A program made the position numbers and the translations under genes. This document shows, in pieces, positions 58,659-64,000 of a DNA stretch of 64,000 nt. Each line of letters begins with the position of its first letter. Within the stretch, counting starts at the first letter, position 1. Source of the stretch: a candidate division FCPU426 bacterium (GTDB lineage: Bacteria > Oederibacteriota > JAAXVQ01 > JAUVAV01); contig JBFLYH010000002.1 in the NCBI GenBank assembly GCA_040756875.1, positions 382,526 through 446,525 of the forward strand, read 5' to 3'. A model generated the notes under the pieces. It made no database searches, was not told the DNA's origin, and saw only the letters and a program-made list of their open reading frames with translations.

Positions 58659-58727
58659 AGTTCGTATCCTGTCAAAGTAGTAGCGGTTCTCGGCAGCGTA
58701 TAAGTGCCCTTATTACTGGGCGCTGCT

Positions 58728-58756
58728 TATATACCCTGTGCCTGTCCGCCTGTCAA
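58728..58756 (-). promoter_or_regulatory. Putative sigma70 promoter of the response regulator
   Basis: TTGACA-N17-TATATA. Confidence 0.5.
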
Positions 58757-58784
58757 GCCGGAAAAGTCGTTTGGGCTAAAAAGG

Positions 58785-60191
58785 CTAATACGCGTCCTGG
58801 TGGTGAAACAGATCGAGGGCCGTGCGCAGGATGATCTTCAAGTCAAGGCCCAGGGTCCAGTTCTCGACGTACCAGATGTCATACTTGACCCGTTCCTCGA
58901 CCGGCGTGTCTCCGCGCAGGTTGTGCGCCTGGGCCCAGCCGGTCAGGCCGGCTTTGACTTTGTGCCGCTCGAGGTACCGGGGGATGCGGGTTTTAAACTG
59001 GTCCACGAAATGCGGGCGCTCGGGCCTGGGGCCCACCAGGCTCATTTCGCCGCTCAGCACGTTGAAAAGCTGGGGCAGTTCGTCCAGGGACAAGCGCCGC
59101 ATCCAGGCGCCCACGGGCGTGGTGCGGCTGTCCCCTTTTTTGGCCCAGACCGGTCCGGTGTGCTTCTCCGCGTCCTGCACCATGGAGCGGAATTTGAAGA
59201 CCATGAACGGCCGGTTTCCCCGGCCGACGCGCTCCTGCCGGAACAGGACCGGCCCGGGCGAAGACAACTTGACCAGCGCGGCCAGGAACAGCAGCAGCGG
59301 CGAGAGGGCGATCAGCGCGGGGACCGTGAGGGCGAGATCCAGGGCGCGCTTCCAGAAACGGGCCCAAAAGCCGGAGAGCGGGGATTGCTTGAGCGCAAAA
59401 ACCGGGATGCCGTAGATGTCGTCCACGGTCATGGGATTGGTGATGAGGCCAAAGAGGTCGGAAACGATCTTGCAGTCCACGCCCAGGGGCTCCAGGGCGA
59501 GCAGGTATTCCTCGATCTTGCCGTGCGCTGCGGGAGGCAGGGCGAAAATTACCTCGTCCGCCTGGTGCTTGGCGACCAGGTGCGGCAGCTGGCGCAGGCT
59601 GCCCAGCACCGGCGCTTCCGCGAAAGTGCGCGCGCCGGTCTTTTCCTCGGCCACGAGGCCGAGCAGGCGGTAGCCGAGCCCGGGATAGCGCCGCAGCTGG
59701 TCGGCCACCATCTTCCCTGCCGGCGTCAGCCCCACCACCAGCGCGCGGCTTACGCCCACTCCCCGCCGCCGGAGCACAACCTGCAGGCGCCGCAGGCCCG
59801 AGCGGGCCAGGGTGGACAGGACCACGCAGAAGACCCAGGCGTAGAGCAGGACCACGCGCGAGTAGACCGCCCGCCGCGAAAAAAAAGTCAGCCCGATGAC
59901 GACAAGGAACGCCACGGTGGCGGCCTGCAGAATGCGCGAAAACTCGTCCACGCCGGAAATGCCCCGGCGCTGGAGGTACAGGCCGGCGTAATGGTAGCAA
60001 ACCAGCAGGACCAGCATGAGCACGGGCAGGCCCTGCAAATAAAGGGCGAAGGACGGGATGTCGTGCCAGACCGGAATGGGCCAGCCCGAGAAACGCAGGG
60101 CATAGGCAGCCGTCAGGGCGAGGCCGACCGCCAGCAGGTCGAGCGCGAGATGCAGGTAGTGAAACAGCCGTACGATTCCCTTGCGCACCAT
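58785..60191 (-). CDS. wcaJ: Undecaprenyl-phosphate glucose phosphotransferase (WcaJ-like)
   Basis: KRALD, FKFRSM, SLDELPQLFNVL.GEMSLVGPRPERP, GLTGWAQ. Confidence 0.88.
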   Translation of the reverse strand: MVRKGIVRLFHYLHLALDLLAVGLALTAAYALRFSGWPIPVWHDIPSFALYLQGLPVLMLVLLVCYHYAGLYLQRRGISGVDEFSRILQAATVAFLVVIGLTFFSRRAVYSRVVLLYAWVFCVVLSTLARSGLRRLQVVLRRRGVGVSRALVVGLTPAGKMVADQLRRYPGLGYRLLGLVAEEKTGARTFAEAPVLGSLRQLPHLVAKHQADEVIFALPPAAHGKIEEYLLALEPLGVDCKIVSDLFGLITNPMTVDDIYGIPVFALKQSPLSGFWARFWKRALDLALTVPALIALSPLLLFLAALVKLSSPGPVLFRQERVGRGNRPFMVFKFRSMVQDAEKHTGPVWAKKGDSRTTPVGAWMRRLSLDELPQLFNVLSGEMSLVGPRPERPHFVDQFKTRIPRYLERHKVKAGLTGWAQAHNLRGDTPVEERVKYDIWYVENWTLGLDLKIILRTALDLFHHQDAY

Positions 60192-60192
60192 G

Positions 60193-61347
60193 TCAGCGCC
60201 TGAACCTCCGGCTCTGCAGGCGGCGGGCGGCGACCGGCTCGCCGGTTCCCCGGCGCCGGAAATCCTCCAAGCTGGCGGCGATGGCCACGGACAAGCGGTG
60301 CTTGAATTTGCCCCGGTCGAATTCACGGGCCCGGCTGCGGATGGCCGCGGAATCCCAGCGCATCTGCTCGCTGCGCGTGACCGCGCCCACCAGGGCCGCG
60401 GGCGTGGGCTCGGCGAAGAACAAGCCGGTCTTGCCCTCGACCACGGTTTCCAGGGCCCCGCCCTTGCCCAAGGCGATCACCGGCCGGCCCGAGGCCATGG
60501 CCTCCAGGGGCGTGATGCCGAAATCCTCCTCGCCCGGAAAAACAAAGGCCCGGCAGGTGGCGTAGAGATTCAGATATTCCTCGTCGCTGACGTGCGGCTT
60601 GAAGCGCACGGTCGGGCCGGCCAGCTTGCGCAGGCGTTTGGCTTCCGGCCCCTCGCCCACGATGACCAGCGGGCGCTGGAGGGCGTTGAACGCCAGAATG
60701 GCGCGGTCGATGCGCTTGTAGGGCACCAGGGCCGAGACGATGAGATAGTGGTCGCCGGCCTGTTCCGCCTGCCGGAAGCGGTCCGCGTCCACCGGCGGAT
60801 GCACCACGCGCGCCTCGCGGCCGTAATACTTGCGGATGCGGCGCGCCACGTGGGCCGAATTGGCGAGAAAGGCGTCCACGCGCTGGCTGCTGACCACGTC
60901 CCATACTCGCAGCCGGTTCATGGCCGGCGGGATGACCAGCCGGCCGAGGAGCCCCAGCCGGGCCGAGGGGAAATATTCGTAATATTGCTCCCAGGCGTAG
61001 CGCATGGGGGTGTGGCAGAAGCACACGTGGGGCGTGGCAGGCTCGGTCAGCACGCCCTTGGCCACGCAGTGCGAGCTGGAAATCACCAGGTCATAGCCCC
61101 GCAGGTCGAACTGTTCGATGGCCGTGGGAAACCAGGGCAGGTAGTGCCGGTACCAGCGCCGCGCCCCGGGCAGGCGCTGGATGAAGGAGGTGAAAACGCG
61201 GTGCTGGCGGATGGTTTCGGAGACCTTCCCCGGTTCGTACAGCAGCGTGAAGAGGTCGGCCTGGGGATAGAGCTCGCACAGCACCTCCAGGACCTTTTCC
61301 CCTCCCCGCATGCCGTTGAGCCAGTCGTGGACCAGCGCGACCTTCAT
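60193..61347 (-). CDS. Glycosyltransferase family 4 (WbaZ-like)
   Basis: VHDWL...GGEKVL, EEDFGITPLEAMASGRPVI. Confidence 0.9.
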   Translation of the reverse strand: MKVALVHDWLNGMRGGEKVLEVLCELYPQADLFTLLYEPGKVSETIRQHRVFTSFIQRLPGARRWYRHYLPWFPTAIEQFDLRGYDLVISSSHCVAKGVLTEPATPHVCFCHTPMRYAWEQYYEYFPSARLGLLGRLVIPPAMNRLRVWDVVSSQRVDAFLANSAHVARRIRKYYGREARVVHPPVDADRFRQAEQAGDHYLIVSALVPYKRIDRAILAFNALQRPLVIVGEGPEAKRLRKLAGPTVRFKPHVSDEEYLNLYATCRAFVFPGEEDFGITPLEAMASGRPVIALGKGGALETVVEGKTGLFFAEPTPAALVGAVTRSEQMRWDSAAIRSRAREFDRGKFKHRLSVAIAASLEDFRRRGTGEPVAARRLQSRRFRR

Positions 61348-62510
61348 CTCGGTTCGAATCCTTTCTGCGCCAGCAGTTCTCCGGCGGCCTCCAAAACCAT
61401 TTCAGGCGTCAGGGAGCGCAGGCAGACCAGATTGCCCTGCCGGCAAGCGACCGCTTGGCCCTGCCGGATCGTGAGGGGATTATAACACGGCGCGCACTCC
61501 GGGGATTTGAAAAGAACCCGGTGCGCAGCGCCCCGCGGCGCCAGCAGGCGCGGGTCCGTGGGTCCGAAGAGCGACACCGTGGGTGTGCCCACGGCCGCGG
61601 CCATGTGCAGCGGTCCGGAGTCGCCGCCGATGAAAAGGTCGCAGCGCCGCAGGAGCGCGGCCAGCACCATCAGCGTGGTTTTGCCTTCGGCCCGGAGCAG
61701 GGGCGCGTCAGGCCCCAAGCCGGCCGCCAGTTCGTCGCCCACGGCCGCGTCGTCGCGGCTTCCGACCAGCACCAGCCGCGCGCCAAAGCGGCGGGACAAC
61801 CGGGCGCAGACTTCGCGGTATCCCTCCACGGGCCAGCGCTTGGTCACCATGACCGTGCCGGGATTCACGCCGCCCGCCGGAAAGACCGCGATCAGCGGCC
61901 GGCTTTGGTCCCCGGCCCCGGCTTGAGCGAGGAAGGTTTCGGCCGCGGCGTCCGCGGCCGGCGAAGGCACCAGTTCGGTGGCAGTATCCCGGACCTCCAG
62001 GCCCAGGGGCCTGAGGCAGTCCAGATTGCGGTCGATTTCATGGGCTTCGGGCCGGAACAGCACGGGATGGGTCAGGCTGAAGCCCTCACCCTGCCAGTCG
62101 AAACCCAGGCGCACGGGAATGGCGCTGGCCGCAGCCATCAGGCCGGCCAGGGGCGAACGATGCAAAACCACGGCCAGGTCAAACCGCTGCTGCCGCAGCT
62201 TCCGGACCACGGGCCAGGCGCGCAGCAGCTTGGCCGGAAGGGTCCCGGGATCGTACGCGTTAAATTCGATGATGTCGTCCACGCGCGGGTCCGCGGCCAC
62301 CAGGTCGCGGCAATACGCGGTCACCAGGTAGCCGATCCGCGCCCCGGGATAGCGCGCCTTGAGCGCGCGCACCACGGGCGTGGCGAAGAGGATGTCGCCC
62401 AGGCAGCAGAGCTTGACCACCAGGATGCGCCGGGGTTCGAAGCCGGTCAAATCGCGGGCGGGCTTGCGGCTGAACCAGCGGCGTCCCCAACCCATCAGCG
62501 CGCTTTTCAT
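61344..62510 (-). CDS. Glycosyltransferase family 9 (heptosyltransferase)
   Basis: LGDILFATP, KRWP, GDSGPLHMAAAVGTPTVSLFGPT. Confidence 0.9.
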   Translation of the reverse strand: MKSALMGWGRRWFSRKPARDLTGFEPRRILVVKLCCLGDILFATPVVRALKARYPGARIGYLVTAYCRDLVAADPRVDDIIEFNAYDPGTLPAKLLRAWPVVRKLRQQRFDLAVVLHRSPLAGLMAAASAIPVRLGFDWQGEGFSLTHPVLFRPEAHEIDRNLDCLRPLGLEVRDTATELVPSPAADAAAETFLAQAGAGDQSRPLIAVFPAGGVNPGTVMVTKRWPVEGYREVCARLSRRFGARLVLVGSRDDAAVGDELAAGLGPDAPLLRAEGKTTLMVLAALLRRCDLFIGGDSGPLHMAAAVGTPTVSLFGPTDPRLLAPRGAAHRVLFKSPECAPCYNPLTIRQGQAVACRQGNLVCLRSLTPEMVLEAAGELLAQKGFEPR

Positions 62511-63643
62511 GCCCGCCTCCCGGCGTTGTCCGCCTCGGCCAGGTTCAGCCAGGCGCGGGCCGCGGCCAAAACTTCTTCACCGGCTTCCGGCCGCGCGGGG
62601 TTGCGCACGACTGTGGCGCGGCTGCCCTGGCCCCAGGGCCCCCACTCTTCGGGCTGGTTGGTCTCGCTCCACAGCATGATCACAGGGACTCCCTGGGTAA
62701 CGGCCACGTGCGCCGGCCCGGAATCATTGGCCACGACCAGGTGGGCCGTGGAAATCAGGGCCGCGAGTTCGCGGACCGTGGTCCGGCCGCACAGGTTGCG
62801 GCCGGGCAGCCGGCTGGCCTGGTCCTGCTCCGAGGACGTACCCACGACCGCGAGGTCGCAGCCCGCGTCCGTCAGGGCGCGGCACACCTGGGCGAATCTG
62901 TCCAGGGGCCAGCACTTGGCTGGGTCTCCGGCAGCCGGGTGCACGACCACGCGGCGCAGGGGCTGGCGCCAGATTTGGTCCGCGACCCGCCGTTCCGCCG
63001 GCTCCAAGGCCAGGGGCAAATACGCCTGAGGCCAGTCAGCCGCGCCGGCCGCGGCCGCGGCCATGAGATTCCTTTCGACTTCATGCACCCCGGCCGGCAG
63101 GCGCAGGGGCAGGTGCAGCAAAAAGCCGCCGCCGGTCGCAGTGTACCCGATGCGCACCTTGACCCCGGCCAGCCATAGCAGGAGGTGGTGCCGCAAGTCG
63201 CCGCGCAAGTCCAGGGACACGTCAAAGGCCCGCGCGCGCAGGCAACGGACCAGGGCCAACCAGCCTTCGCTTCCCGGCCGGGCCGCGCCACGCCTGAACC
63301 AGGGCGCGTCGAACACCAGGCACTCATCCACCGCCGGGTCGCCCGCCAAAAGCTGGGCGCCGGCTGCCGAGACCAGGGCCGCGATCCGGGCCTGGGGATG
63401 GGCCTGGCGCAGGGCCGCGAGCGCGGGCCGGCTGAAGAGCACGTCGCCCAGGTGATCCAGCCTGACCACCAAAATGCTCCGGGGCTTGGCTAGCACCGCC
63501 GGATCGGGCCGCAGGCCGCGGCCGAGCGTCACCAGCCGGACCGCGGCCGCAGCCAGCGCGTCCAGCGTTCCGGCCAGCCCGCGTTTCCACGCGGCGCGGA
63601 AAAGGTACGGCCGGCTGCCACGGAGCGGTTGTTTCGCCTGCAT
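62507..63643 (-). CDS. Glycosyltransferase family 9 (heptosyltransferase)
   Basis: RLDHLGDVL, KCWP, NDSGPAHVA. Confidence 0.88.
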   Translation of the reverse strand: MQAKQPLRGSRPYLFRAAWKRGLAGTLDALAAAAVRLVTLGRGLRPDPAVLAKPRSILVVRLDHLGDVLFSRPALAALRQAHPQARIAALVSAAGAQLLAGDPAVDECLVFDAPWFRRGAARPGSEGWLALVRCLRARAFDVSLDLRGDLRHHLLLWLAGVKVRIGYTATGGGFLLHLPLRLPAGVHEVERNLMAAAAAGAADWPQAYLPLALEPAERRVADQIWRQPLRRVVVHPAAGDPAKCWPLDRFAQVCRALTDAGCDLAVVGTSSEQDQASRLPGRNLCGRTTVRELAALISTAHLVVANDSGPAHVAVTQGVPVIMLWSETNQPEEWGPWGQGSRATVVRNPARPEAGEEVLAAARAWLNLAEADNAGRRA

Positions 63644-64000
63644 CAGGGTTCCTTTTGGCGCCATTCGCCCAGGTTGATGCCGCCGAGTTGCAAACGCGGA
63701 CCCAGCTCGTATTCCCGGTCCAGCCAGTCCTGGATCAGGGCCTGCGCTTCGCCTTCGTTGACCTGCACCAGCCAAAAGCGGTTTTTCCCGGCGAAAAACG
63801 ATTGTAGGCGAGGGCCGCTTTGCGGGTCAACGCGAAAATAGTTTTCCGTTTCGCCGGTCAGGGGATCATACCGTCCGGGCAGGCCTTGGATCCGCAGGCC
63901 GCTCCGCAGGTAATAGGCCAGCGGCGCCTCGTTCCACGGCGGGTAGACCACGACCTCGTCCCCGGGCCGGGCGCGTTCATTCAGCCACGCGGCAGCCTGC
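63643..64000 (-). CDS. C-terminal part of a probable membrane glycosyltransferase (GT83/PMT-like), truncated by the window edge
   Basis: Open frame to the window end: AAAWLNERARPGDEVVVYP...LAYY...RFWLV. Confidence 0.5.
   Translation of the reverse strand, partial: QAAAWLNERARPGDEVVVYPPWNEAPLAYYLRSGLRIQGLPGRYDPLTGETENYFRVDPQSGPRLQSFFAGKNRFWLVQVNEGEAQALIQDWLDREYELGPRLQLGGINLGEWRQKEP

Overview
64 kb of a GC-rich diderm bacterial chromosome, with most genes on the minus strand. The host has LPS heptosyltransferases, OmpA, a PorV-like barrel and Thr/Pro-linker proteins with T9SS-like C-terminal domains, which suggests an uncultured FCB/Elusimicrobia-adjacent lineage such as FCPU426 (inference only). 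In order, the window holds: secreted and outer-membrane genes (0.1-5.5 kb); a lower-GC defence island (5.8-16.4 kb: HNH, higBA, GIY-YIG-RAMA, HEPN-like, SIR2 coupled to a type I R-M hsdRMS) punctuated by a GGGGACGTT repeat family; ORF6N and cspA; a complete F1Fo atp operon; envelope genes; an AT-hook membrane protein; an SOS cassette (lexA...dinB-dnaE2) invaded by a RAYT/REP element; a split gingipain (C25) system; cls; and an LPS/EPS cluster. The best candidate for an undescribed system is a translationally coupled operon at 44.7-48.4 kb: ArsM-like methyltransferase, an unannotated 41-aa Cys-rich peptide (absent from the ORF track), a radical SAM/SPASM maturase, thioredoxin, thioredoxin reductase and a Cse60-like protein. 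This is a putative RiPP system with a possible arsenic or thiol link. No tRNA, rRNA or CRISPR array was seen. All family calls come from motif recognition by eye; no database searches were run.
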